A stretch of DNA of 62,614 nt from a bacterium (GCA_030646955.1 JAUSKM010000033.1:1-62614), one strand, 5' to 3'; positions 45,586 to 54,671 are shown, counted from the stretch's first letter. The notes: generated from the sequence alone by a model not told the origin. Made by a program: numbers and translations.

Positions 45586-45921
45586 ATGGCTGATACCCAG
45601 CAACCAGCTGATCCAGTGGGGCAGTACATCGCTACGCTTCTGGATGCGGCAAAACTTGACGCGTTACCGGACGGAGCGCGCGAGCAGATGGAAATTGCGT
45701 TGCGCGATCAGGTGCAGCGGCGCATCGGCGTGCTCGCCGTGCGGGAGCTGGACGCAGATGGTTTGGATGCAATGCGCGTGTTCCTGGAGCGTGAGACACC
45801 GCCGGAGCAAAAGGAGCTTGAGGAATTCTTCGCGTCGCGCATTCCGGATTTCGCGCAGAAGTTGGAGCGTGAGCTCGATATATTTGCGCAGGAGTTCGTG
45901 ACGGCCGCGCTCGCTGCGTAG
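45586..45921 (+). CDS. Small acidic helical protein, unknown function
   Basis: MADTQQPADPVGQYIATLLDAAKLDALPDGAREQMEIALRDQV... is the only plausible start in the 45256..45921 frame downstream of the terminator. Confidence 0.5.
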   Translation: MADTQQPADPVGQYIATLLDAAKLDALPDGAREQMEIALRDQVQRRIGVLAVRELDADGLDAMRVFLERETPPEQKELEEFFASRIPDFAQKLERELDIFAQEFVTAALAA

Positions 45922-45925
45922 TGCT

Positions 45926-46099
45926 ATGCCAGAAGATATTGAGCAGCGCCTCATCGCGCTCAAGCAGTTTGCGGATGCAGCGCTCGCCAACATCCAGCGG
46001 CTCTCGCATGAGCAGCAGGGTATCTTGCGTGACGCATTGGAGCGCGTACGGACGGAAGAAATCGAGGAGGTTCGTCGGAAGCTTTCTGATGCAGCATAA
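45926..46099 (+). CDS. 57-aa coiled-coil protein (below the ORF-track size cutoff)
   Basis: MPEDIEQRLIALKQFADAALANIQRLSHEQQGILRDALERVRTEEIEEVRRKLSDAA. The start is 4 nt after the upstream stop, and the stop is 3 nt before the giant ORF start. Confidence 0.5.
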   Translation: MPEDIEQRLIALKQFADAALANIQRLSHEQQGILRDALERVRTEEIEEVRRKLSDAA

Positions 46100-46102
46100 C
46101 GT

Positions 46103-49100
46103 ATGAGTACGGCACGCGATGAACGCAAACGGACGGAGGACGAAGCGCCAAGTGAGCGCTTGGCGGACGGCGTTGCGTTGGAGAAGCTGATCACACAGCT
46201 TCGCGATACCGTTGTCCTTGCGCAAACGCATGTTTTGAATATCCATGAGGCACGCGAACGCATCGAGCAATTGATTGACCAGCATCCGTACGTGTTGCCG
46301 GAAGAAGGGCGCACGAGGTTGGATCAAATCAAAGCAGAAGCGGAAGATGATCTACATACACTGCAGGCGCGCATGGATGAGGAGTTGCCTCTGCTGGAGG
46401 GCGCTGATCTGGAAGCGGTGACGGATGATGCTCCGGTGTCAAAGAGTTTCGCGGACGTGGAGCCGATGGGGGTTCCGCAATTTGCGTCTGGTGATGCTGC
46501 AATTCAGGAGCAGGGTGATGCGAGCGAATCGTACGGGCTTCCAAGTGCCATGAGTCGCGTGCTCATGGATGCACGTCATGCTATTGATCAGGCGCAGGAT
46601 GTGAAAACGGTGCTGGAATTGTGCGCGTCATACGAGAAAGAATTGCAGCAATTGGTGGAGCGAGAAGATCATGATTTTCCTGGGGCTGACGCGCCGCACT
46701 ACGCACAGCGAGCGGTGGAGCGTTTGGGGTTATATGCGACTGATCGTTTGACACGGTTGCATCCAGCCAATTCTCCAAAGCGTGCTGCAGATCGAGCGGC
46801 GGAGCGCGGCACAGGCGCGTTAGAGGAGCATGCTCCGTCGGCCCTTTTTACCGCGTTACTGCAAAAGATCCGCAAAGAAATAGCTGATGCGCGGGACGAT
46901 GTCAGTGGCGAACGTTTGGAGGAGCGCGTTGCTGATCTCATCTACGCGTTTCCGCGTGACCTCACCCCCACGGAAGCAGCGGAGCTCGATTTTATACAGA
47001 CACGAGCGTACAGCGGATCATCGGAACGCGGGAGGGATACGCATGATGTTGCGGGCGATGTCCCGGGAGATGTCGTGAGTATTGGCGCAGCGGAAGTGCG
47101 TGGGACGGATTTCGATTTTCCGTCGTTGGACGCGGCGGTGGCGGATACCGCGGGGCCGGAGGCGGTGCGATACGCGACGGCGGAGCAGATTGAGCACAAT
47201 CAAGAGCTTGTGGACGCCGTTTCGGTGCTCGCGGCTGTCGCGGCAGACGTTGCGGGTGGCCTGCGAGAGGGGAACGTACAAGATGCGCTTGCGCATATCG
47301 CGCGCGAGTTGAATATTCCGGCATCGGAGGTGGAGGCGGTGTTGGCGGAGCAGCATCTGCTCCTGGTGCAGGACGCACAACGCGATGTGTTGGCGGGACG
47401 TGCGCCGCAGCTGGACACAAAGACGGACAAGGCGAAGTTCGCAATGAAGACGCTCGCGAAAATCGGCGCGTATGCGGGCGCGGGCGTGCTCTTGGCATCG
47501 GCTGCGGCTTCCGGCGGCATGACCGTGGCGTTGGGCGGCGGAGCAATTGCGCTCACGCGTATGTTGGGTATTGCGCGCAGTGGGCGGAAGATTCAGGAAG
47601 AAGTGCAGGGGCGTCTGCAAGCGGTGGATGTGCTGCTGCGCACCGATGCGTACGAGCCGTCGCGTCTACGCATTGAGCAGGCGATTGCGGCGCACCTCGC
47701 GGAACGGAAGCGTAGGGCGCTTGGCATGCCGGAGGACCCACGCCGTACGCTCATCGAGGCAGACGCTACGCTCACCGAAGCAGAACGCGAGCAGACACTG
47801 CACGCATATGGTGCATTGCAGGGCGTTGACGCAGGCACCCGGGCGAAGGAGGATGCGCTGACCGATGCCATGCAAGAGGCCGCGGAGCAAGATGCTACAA
47901 CCGTAAAGAAGCTGAACGCATTTGCGCGGCTGGGGAAGACGACAGGCGACGTGCTCAAGCAGTTCTGGCGCGGCGGCGATACTACAGATGAGAAAATGCT
48001 CACCGCTGGCGTGTTTGGCATGGCTGGCGCAATCGCGTACGAAATACCGGTGGTGCGCAACGTCCTCGGCGCGTACGGCGGGGCGAAGGCAATGGAAGCG
48101 ATCCAGAAGATGCGCGGGAAGCGCGCGAGCGTTGTGGGTCGCATCGCAGGCGCAATTGCGGGTGCACTGGCTCCAGAGGCGATCCGCTACGTTGCGGGGA
48201 GTGGGATTGCGCACGGCGCGTCATCGGTTGAGCATGCAACGGCCGAGCAACCCGTCGCACCTGCGCCGGACGCGGAATCGGGCGCAGGGCATGCGCCAGC
48301 GGTTCATGATACAGAACCTTCTGCTAAGGATATTGCGGAGCTTGATGCAATTGCGTATCGGCGGTTGGCGATCGTGCACGCGGAACAGCCCGGGGATGGG
48401 TGGACGCACGTCCGAGCGCGAGAGATTTACGCCCAGGAGCATCCGGAAATGCGCGCGCATGAGGTGGTCGCGAAGATGGAAGATCACAAGCAGATGATCG
48501 CGGAGCTGCGCCGCGCGCATGGCGAGGCGTATGCGGCGGATCCCAAGAATTGGGATTCCGAGCGTGCGTTTGATCTTGATGCCATTCTCCAGGCAAAGCG
48601 CGATGCGGTTGAGGCGGGGAATCTTACTACTGATTGGAAGCCGGAAGGAGCGGGGGATGGCGAGGAGTATGTCACACGCCATACACCGGATGCCCTGCGT
48701 CTGCAGGGCGAGCAATTCATGCCGATGCTTGAGGCCATGCGCCAAGGAGCGGGGCCGTTGCAGGCATTTATTGATAACGACTATCAACAATTCACGGATT
48801 ATCCGGACACGCGGAGCTACGGTGTTGCACTGGTAGCTGCCGAGCAGCGCCTGACAGCGCTCGAGCGCACGATCGAATCGCTCCCCGCGGGTGAGTCCCG
48901 CAACGCGCTCGCAAAAGAGCTGCGTGGCTATCGGCCGTGGATCAATCACTACGTTGGGGTTCTGCGGGGATCGGGATGGACAGACGAAGCGTTGGGTATC
49001 AATCAGCCGGAAGTCCCGCCGTTGCCGCCTGTTGAGGATATTGTTTCGTCTCCAGCGACAGCAGGAGATGTTACTCCCGTAGCGGCTGTTGTAATTGACG

Positions 49101-50245
49101 ATACTGCTGACGCGTCGGATTTGGATGAAGAGCCGGAAACGGAAGTGGAGTCGCCTGCGGAGGTGCGCGCCGACGTACCTGATCAATTTGCGGATGTGCA
49201 GCCGATAAACGACAGCTCTCCGTTTGAGGCAGTGCAGCGTCGTGCACTGCGCGTCGGTGCATATGAAACGTATCGCGAAGGTTTGCAGGACGCGAACATA
49301 CGCTTGAGTGAGGGGGAGGCGACGTTTGGGGCAAACCGCATGCTCATATATGCGCGCAATCTGGATCAGATGCTCATGGAGCAGACGCAGAACGTTCGCG
49401 TTCTATGGGAAAATCGTATAGCGGCAGGTGATTATGCACGTGTTGTGCATGGAGCGGCGCAAACTTCCCCAGACATGTACGCGCGCAATCTGGAGGAGTT
49501 CAAAACGCAATTCCCCGGTGTCTTGCGGGAGGGTCGTATCACGCAGTACGAGAATAATATTGCGCAACTGCGAACGCTCCTCGGGCAGGCACAGGAGGCG
49601 GGCAATGGGCACGTTGCAGGTGCGGAACCAGTTCAAACCGTGCCGCTGGATGCGCTTGTTGGCGGTACTGCCCCCGTTGAGCAGCAGGTGCGTCCTTCGG
49701 CATCGCCGCCAGATGATTTACCAGTTGTCATTTTGGAAGCAGACAAGCCGGTCTCTGCGGATGGGGAGTACGCCGGAGAGCAGGATGATGATGCGAACGG
49801 ATTTGACGACGTGGTTGCAGGAGACGACGCGGAATTCAAAGCGGCAGCAGCCGCCGAGACGGCAAAGCAAGCCGAGAGCGAAGTACAGACCGTCCGCGAA
49901 GTGCAGGAGCGGTGGGGTAATACTTTTACGCCAACGAAAGGCGGACAAGGTATCCTCTATCGTATGCCAGGAAGCGAAACTTCAATCACATTGGGGGATA
50001 TTCGCGCAATGGAGGATCGTTCTGTGCGCGAAGTACTCATGGACGTAGCCAAGTCCGGTATTTCCGATGGGCGAAAGCAATTTGGAAAAATGCTCTTTGA
50101 TGGACTTGCCGCAAAGCACCCGGAATGGATTTTAGGTCCACACGCGCCGACGCTTGACGAGATTATGGACGGTCTCGGAAGAACCAAGAACGCGAGACTC
50201 GTAGCGTATCTGCAAATGAATCCGCAGCTGCTGGGCAGTCCGTGA
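46103..50245 (+). CDS. Giant (1380 aa) acidic, largely helical protein with two Gly/Ala-rich membrane-like segments; unknown function
   Basis: It is the longest ORF in the window. The hydrophobic segments are IGAYAGAGVLLASAAASGGMTVALGGGAIAL and LTAGVFGMAGAIAYEIPVV...IAGAIAGALAP. No family motif was recognised. Confidence 0.7.
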   Translation: MSTARDERKRTEDEAPSERLADGVALEKLITQLRDTVVLAQTHVLNIHEARERIEQLIDQHPYVLPEEGRTRLDQIKAEAEDDLHTLQARMDEELPLLEGADLEAVTDDAPVSKSFADVEPMGVPQFASGDAAIQEQGDASESYGLPSAMSRVLMDARHAIDQAQDVKTVLELCASYEKELQQLVEREDHDFPGADAPHYAQRAVERLGLYATDRLTRLHPANSPKRAADRAAERGTGALEEHAPSALFTALLQKIRKEIADARDDVSGERLEERVADLIYAFPRDLTPTEAAELDFIQTRAYSGSSERGRDTHDVAGDVPGDVVSIGAAEVRGTDFDFPSLDAAVADTAGPEAVRYATAEQIEHNQELVDAVSVLAAVAADVAGGLREGNVQDALAHIARELNIPASEVEAVLAEQHLLLVQDAQRDVLAGRAPQLDTKTDKAKFAMKTLAKIGAYAGAGVLLASAAASGGMTVALGGGAIALTRMLGIARSGRKIQEEVQGRLQAVDVLLRTDAYEPSRLRIEQAIAAHLAERKRRALGMPEDPRRTLIEADATLTEAEREQTLHAYGALQGVDAGTRAKEDALTDAMQEAAEQDATTVKKLNAFARLGKTTGDVLKQFWRGGDTTDEKMLTAGVFGMAGAIAYEIPVVRNVLGAYGGAKAMEAIQKMRGKRASVVGRIAGAIAGALAPEAIRYVAGSGIAHGASSVEHATAEQPVAPAPDAESGAGHAPAVHDTEPSAKDIAELDAIAYRRLAIVHAEQPGDGWTHVRAREIYAQEHPEMRAHEVVAKMEDHKQMIAELRRAHGEAYAADPKNWDSERAFDLDAILQAKRDAVEAGNLTTDWKPEGAGDGEEYVTRHTPDALRLQGEQFMPMLEAMRQGAGPLQAFIDNDYQQFTDYPDTRSYGVALVAAEQRLTALERTIESLPAGESRNALAKELRGYRPWINHYVGVLRGSGWTDEALGINQPEVPPLPPVEDIVSSPATAGDVTPVAAVVIDDTADASDLDEEPETEVESPAEVRADVPDQFADVQPINDSSPFEAVQRRALRVGAYETYREGLQDANIRLSEGEATFGANRMLIYARNLDQMLMEQTQNVRVLWENRIAAGDYARVVHGAAQTSPDMYARNLEEFKTQFPGVLREGRITQYENNIAQLRTLLGQAQEAGNGHVAGAEPVQTVPLDALVGGTAPVEQQVRPSASPPDDLPVVILEADKPVSADGEYAGEQDDDANGFDDVVAGDDAEFKAAAAAETAKQAESEVQTVREVQERWGNTFTPTKGGQGILYRMPGSETSITLGDIRAMEDRSVREVLMDVAKSGISDGRKQFGKMLFDGLAAKHPEWILGPHAPTLDEIMDGLGRTKNARLVAYLQMNPQLLGSP

Positions 50246-50283
50246 GATACAAAGCAGAGACCGTAGAAAAAGTGCGTAAGCAG

Positions 50284-50373
50284 TGTCATTGCGAGCCCGA
50301 ATCTGTGAGGGCGTGGCAATCCCGGTCACTCGGTTGAGCGGGATTGCCACGTCGAGGACTCCTCGCAATGACA
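50284..50373. repeat. Repeat family B, complete palindromic element
   Basis: Outer arms tgtcattgcgag/ctcgcaatgaca and inner arms cgtggcaatcccg/cgggattgccacg form a hairpin of about 90 nt between the giant ORF and rplT. Confidence 0.8.
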
Positions 50374-50453
50374 GCGCGTGGGTGTTTTTCTACACTCTCA
50401 AAGCAACACAACACCCCCGATTGCAATCGGGGGTGTTGTGTTTGGAGTAGCTA

Positions 50454-50792
50454 TTACGCTTTCACTACCTTCGTAAACGTCTCGGGGTGGTTAGCGGCAA
50501 GATCGGCGAGCACTTTGCGGTCCAGCTCGACGTTGCGGCGCTTGAGGTCCGCGATGAGCTTGCTGTACGTCGTGCCGTTGAGACGCGCGGCGGCGTTGAC
50601 GCGGATGTTCCAGAGGCCGCGCATGACGCGCTTCTTCTTCTTACGATCCCGGTACGCGTGCTGGCCTGCCTTCAGGACTGCGGTGGAGGCCACCCGCATC
50701 TGCGACTTACGACCCCACATGTACCCCTTGGTTTTCTTCAGGAGCGCGCGGCGCCGTTTCACGTGCAATGTTCCTCGTTTGACTCGGGGCAT
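50454..50792 (-). CDS. rplT: 50S ribosomal protein L20
   Basis: MPRVKRGTLHVKRRRALLKKTKGYMWGRK...AYRDRKKKKR. Confidence 0.95.
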   Translation of the reverse strand: MPRVKRGTLHVKRRRALLKKTKGYMWGRKSQMRVASTAVLKAGQHAYRDRKKKKRVMRGLWNIRVNAAARLNGTTYSKLIADLKRRNVELDRKVLADLAANHPETFTKVVKA

Positions 50793-50876
50793 ATATGGGT
50801 GTCAAGAAGCATGGGACATGGAACATGGAACGAGCGCGGCTCTGCGTCTCCTGTTTCTTGTCCGTTGTTCCTTGTT

Positions 50877-51071
50877 CTATGCGTACGGCATCTGCCGTCG
50901 TGCGGTTTTGGCGAGCGTGGGATCAAAGATGACATCGCGGCGCTTATTGAGGCGGGTCTTGGCGGATTCACGCGCGTTGAAGTGATCCTGGCCGGACTTG
51001 CGCTTCAGGAGTTTGTGCTTCTTCACCGTGATGCGCTTCACGGTCGCTTTGTGGGTCTTGAGCTTGGACAT
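50877..51071 (-). CDS. rpmI: 50S ribosomal protein L35
   Basis: MSKLKTHKATVKRITVKKHKLLKRKSGQDHF. Confidence 0.9.
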   Translation of the reverse strand: MSKLKTHKATVKRITVKKHKLLKRKSGQDHFNARESAKTRLNKRRDVIFDPTLAKTARRQMPYA

Positions 51072-51097
51072 AAAAGCAATCTTCGTGCAAAAACACC

Positions 51098-51748
51098 TTA
51101 CTTCGTTTGTGGTGCATTGTCCAGTTTTGGTTCCGACTCTTTCATTTCTTCCTCTTCCTCCTCTTGCGGCGATCCAGTTCCTCCCTCTTTTCGCTTGCCG
51201 CCGATGACGAGGGAGTTGCGGCCACCTTGGATGGAGAGCGGCTGGTCAATCGTGATATCGTATTCCTTCTTCATGTCCTCCACGAACGCCATGATGACCT
51301 CGCGTACCTGTGCGTGGAACCGGCGCTCGCGGCCGCGCAGGATGATGTCCACCGATACCTTGTTCCCTTGATCAAAGAAGCGTTTCGCCTGCTTCATGCG
51401 CGCTTGGCGATCATGCTCCCCAATGCGCAGCGAGAGACGAACGCCCTTCACCTCCACACGCTTCGCGTTCGCTTTTTGTGCCTTGCGCTGCTTCTCCTGC
51501 TCGTATCGGAATTGCTTGAAATCCAGGAAGCGACACACGGGCGGCTGCGCGCTTGGGTTTACCTCCACCAGATCGAACCCGCGCTCCTTTGCGGTGGCAA
51601 GCGCCTGCTCTATGGTGAGTACGCCCATGTTGCTGCCCTCCTCATCCACCACCCGTACTTCAGGCACGCGAATCCGATCGTTCGCCCGGAATGTCTGGCG
51701 CTCGATCAGTTCCTGTCGTTGAAAACGTCGGTGGCGGTGAATGCGCAC
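51098..51748 (-). CDS. infC: Translation initiation factor IF-3, with an acidic C-terminal extension
   Basis: NDRIRVPEVRVVDEEGSNMGVLTIEQALATAKERGFDLVEVNP...KEIRLSLRIGEHD-like core. The start is uncertain (GTG 51748 or ATT 51742). Confidence 0.9.
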   Translation of the reverse strand: MRIHRHRRFQRQELIERQTFRANDRIRVPEVRVVDEEGSNMGVLTIEQALATAKERGFDLVEVNPSAQPPVCRFLDFKQFRYEQEKQRKAQKANAKRVEVKGVRLSLRIGEHDRQARMKQAKRFFDQGNKVSVDIILRGRERRFHAQVREVIMAFVEDMKKEYDITIDQPLSIQGGRNSLVIGGKRKEGGTGSPQEEEEEEMKESEPKLDNAPQTK

Positions 51749-51765
51749 AGTGTAATTGCCAATTA

Positions 51766-52164
51766 TGGAGGTGGGGGGAGTTGAACCCCCGTGTGGTGCA
51801 TGCGTTGACCAATTCCTTCTCCAGGCACAGTCCTGTTCATGATGTCTCGCGTGCGCTTAAACAGGACAAAACGCGCACGTGATGAGCCCCGATGTCATCT
51901 CGATCCGCCGACGAGGCGCACAGCAGATCCAGCTCGATGATATTGCACCCGAGGTGTGCCTATCGAGCATGGGCACATCGGATGGGCAGTGCGGTTAGGC
52001 GACTGCCGAAGCGAGCGTCGGCATACGGAACGCATTGCGAACCGCATCCTTCACCCGGCTGAAAGCGTTGACACTTGCTTTCTTGTTCGCGGGATTTACG
52101 AGGCAGCGAACAACCCTCGGCCTGCTGGATTTGGAACGAATACCCATCGAATCCCGTCACCCCC
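51766..52164 (-). ncRNA. ssrA: tmRNA (SsrA)
   Basis: The 5' end GGGGGTGACGGGATTCGA pairs with the 3' end CACCTCC-A, giving a G3:U70 wobble. The T arm is GGGGG-TTCAACT-CCCCC. An internal open frame ends in ...LASAVA-TAA. It lies immediately downstream of smpB. CCA is not encoded. Confidence 0.85.
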
Positions 52165-52272
52165 GAATCGCGCCAGAACGCACGATAGCGGACATCGTAC
52201 ATCTCAAAAAGACGCGCCGGTGCGCGCTAGTTCTATTGTGGCGGAGGTTTGGCAATCCGTCAAGCATCGGCA

Positions 52273-52716
52273 TCACGCCATCCGCGCGCGGCGCATGCGG
52301 CGTTCGTCTTCGCGGCGTTTGATGGTCTCGCGTTTCTCAAACTGCCGCTTGCCGCGGGCGAGGGCAATTTCTGCTTTGACGAGGCCGCGTTTCTCGTACA
52401 GGCGCAGGGGAATGATCGTGAGGCGGTCGGATTGCTGCTTGCCAACGAGCCGCCGGAGGTCGCGGCGGTGGAGGAGGAGGCGGCGTGTACGGGTGGGATC
52501 GTAGTCCGGAAGCGCGGCCGCTTTCGCATATCGTCCGATAAACGCGTTGGTGAGCCACGCCTCACTGCTGCGGAGGTGCACGAAACTCCCCGTGAGCTTC
52601 GCATGGCCGGTTTTTGCGGCCTTCACTTCGTGGCCAAGCAACTCAATCCCCACCTCGATGGTTTCGAGGATCTCGTAGTCGTAGTGTGCCTTCTTATTGG
52701 TGGCGAGCGTTTTCAT
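52273..52716 (-). CDS. smpB: SsrA-binding protein SmpB
   Basis: NKKAHYDYEILETIEVGIELLGHEVK...LYEKRGLVKAEIALARGK. Confidence 0.95.
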   Translation of the reverse strand: MKTLATNKKAHYDYEILETIEVGIELLGHEVKAAKTGHAKLTGSFVHLRSSEAWLTNAFIGRYAKAAALPDYDPTRTRRLLLHRRDLRRLVGKQQSDRLTIIPLRLYEKRGLVKAEIALARGKRQFEKRETIKRREDERRMRRARMA

Positions 52717-52869
52717 GGGTAGCGAGTACGATGGAGATCATCGGAATACGTTGGCTTCTACTTCCCGGGGTCTTCATGGGGATGGGCGATACTGGACGGC
52801 AGCGTGCATTCTCGCAGCACGCACTGACGGCCATCACTCTATAGAGTATACTGTGGATAGTAGCTCCCT

Positions 52870-53898
52870 ATGAATGTTGGCGCAAAAACTGAGATCACCG
52901 TGCGTACGGTCACACTCGTGAAGATTGTCGCCGTGGGCTTGCTCGCGGCGGCGCTGTTCTGGCTGCGCGATATCGCCGCGCTCGTGTTGGTTGCCGTATT
53001 TTTGGCGGTACTCATCAGTCCCGTCGCGGATCTCTGTGAGCGGCACCGGCTGCCACGCGCGCTCGGTGTGGGCGCCGTGTACCTTATCTTCTTCGCGGTG
53101 CTCGGACTCCTTTTCACGATGCTCGCGCAGCCCATCATCTACGAGGCGCGCGGTCTCGCATCGTCGCTCCCCGAGGCGTGGGGGCGCGTGGTCGAGGTAG
53201 TCCGATCGCTTCAGGCGTTCTCTGTGGAGCACGGACTTGCAGAGAAGCTCACGCAGTTTGCGTCAGGACTGGAAGGGCGAGTCACGTCCGGAATTTTCGG
53301 CGTGCTCGCAGGCGCATTCGGCGGCGCGCTCTCCTTCGTCCTCGTTCTCGTCCTCACATTCTATTTTTCCATGTACGCCACTGCGGTGCGCCGGTCGCTC
53401 ATCGGGCTTGCATCAGCGCGCTGGCAGCCGTTCCTCGTTGGCGTCGTGCCACGCATTGAGCGAAAGATGGGATCCTGGCTCCGCGGCCTTCTGGCACTGG
53501 CGGTTATCATGGGCTTCTTTGTGTTCGTCGGCCTCACGATTCTCCGCGTGGAGTACGCGGTGCTCATTGCGCTCCTCACGGCGTTCGCCGAGGTGATGCC
53601 GTACGTAGGGCCGATCATCGCGCTCGTTGTGGCAGTGGGACTCACGCTCCTCCAGTCACCGGCCAAGGCGCTCGTCGTCCTCGTTTTTTTCCTTGTGCTC
53701 CAGCAGATTGAAAATAATCTCCTTGTTCCCAAGATCATGCATCGCGCGGTCGGCGTGCATCCGGTCATCTCGCTCATTGCGATCCTCATCGGCGCAAAGA
53801 TCGGCGGCGTTGCGGGCGCACTCCTTGCCATCCCCATCGCTGCAGGACTCATGACCTTTTTTGAGGAGTACGGCCGTGAGCGGCGTGCGCAGCAGTAG
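52870..53898 (+). CDS. AI-2E family transporter (PerM/UPF0118)
   Basis: It has 7-8 TMs and the typical C-terminal motif LVPKIMHRAVGVHPVISLIAILIGAKIGGVAGALLAIPIAA. Confidence 0.8.
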   Translation: MNVGAKTEITVRTVTLVKIVAVGLLAAALFWLRDIAALVLVAVFLAVLISPVADLCERHRLPRALGVGAVYLIFFAVLGLLFTMLAQPIIYEARGLASSLPEAWGRVVEVVRSLQAFSVEHGLAEKLTQFASGLEGRVTSGIFGVLAGAFGGALSFVLVLVLTFYFSMYATAVRRSLIGLASARWQPFLVGVVPRIERKMGSWLRGLLALAVIMGFFVFVGLTILRVEYAVLIALLTAFAEVMPYVGPIIALVVAVGLTLLQSPAKALVVLVFFLVLQQIENNLLVPKIMHRAVGVHPVISLIAILIGAKIGGVAGALLAIPIAAGLMTFFEEYGRERRAQQ

Positions 53899-53934
53899 GG
53901 AAGGAAGGCGCTGGAGGTCGCGCCGATATCCGGT

Positions 53935-54642
53935 GTGCATCGAACGAGGATCAGCCAGGACAACCAGCGCATGGCGGAGCTGCATACAGGACTGCGCGAT
54001 GCGGTGGTACAGGATGCGCGTCGTGGTGCATTTCGTCGGCGTGTGCGACGTGCGGCACTCTCCATGCTTGGCTGTCTTGGGGTGTCGCTCGTCGCACTCG
54101 GACTCCTTGCATTCGGCGGCGCGTACGTCGTGGCACGTTCCGGGCTGGTGGAGGTACCGGTACTCTCCGCGCGGATCACGCACGAGCGCGCACCGCGGCG
54201 GATTGTTGTGCCCATCACCGTATCCCTCGAGGCGCTTCTCTCGCACGCGGCTGGTTCCATGCGCGATGGCGTGATGGCGGTGCAGGTGGATGAGCGTGCG
54301 CTCACGGGCCTGCTCCGCGCGGCGCTTCATGGCAACAGCGGCGTGCCTGCGGGCATGGCGGAGAGCACGCAAATAACCGTGGACGGAGATCTTGAGCTGT
54401 TCGCGCGCGCGGCACTGGTTGGAGATACGCAGACAACAATCCTCGTGCGCGGCGTGCCGGAGGTGTCTGAGGGTCGTCTGCAGCTGGCCGTCCGCGAGGC
54501 AGTTGTTGGCACGATACGCATACCGCCAGCGCTTGCGCAGCGTGTGCTGAACAACCTCTTGGCGCGACAGGATCTCCCGATCGCGATCGAGGGGATCGAG
54601 GTGGGGGAGCGCGCACTCACGGTGCGCGTCCGCAGGCCGTAG
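53935..54642 (+). CDS. Hypothetical single-pass membrane protein
   Basis: An Arg-rich N-terminus is followed by the TM MLGCLGVSLVALGLLAFGGAYVV and then a beta-rich domain. The start could be 53971. Confidence 0.5.
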   Translation: MHRTRISQDNQRMAELHTGLRDAVVQDARRGAFRRRVRRAALSMLGCLGVSLVALGLLAFGGAYVVARSGLVEVPVLSARITHERAPRRIVVPITVSLEALLSHAAGSMRDGVMAVQVDERALTGLLRAALHGNSGVPAGMAESTQITVDGDLELFARAALVGDTQTTILVRGVPEVSEGRLQLAVREAVVGTIRIPPALAQRVLNNLLARQDLPIAIEGIEVGERALTVRVRRP

Positions 54643-54671
54643 CCGGGTATCGTCACAATCACGCGCATCCC

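Noticed and set aside
44220-45629. 469-aa minus-strand ORF opposite the SLT gene
   Set aside because: The plus strand contains canonical SLT motifs and an RBS. The minus product is Arg/His-rich.
45921-46106. 61-aa track ORF (MLCQKILSSASSRSSS...)
   Set aside because: It is a Ser/Arg-rich frame. The alternative 57-aa frame (45926..46099) gives a clean coiled-coil peptide with tight coupling to both neighbours, so I preferred that.
51956-52504. Plus-strand ORFs (182 and 95 aa) and the minus-strand ORF 51960..52202 across the ssrA locus
   Set aside because: The region folds as tmRNA with a proper acceptor and T arm, and it overlaps smpB in antisense.
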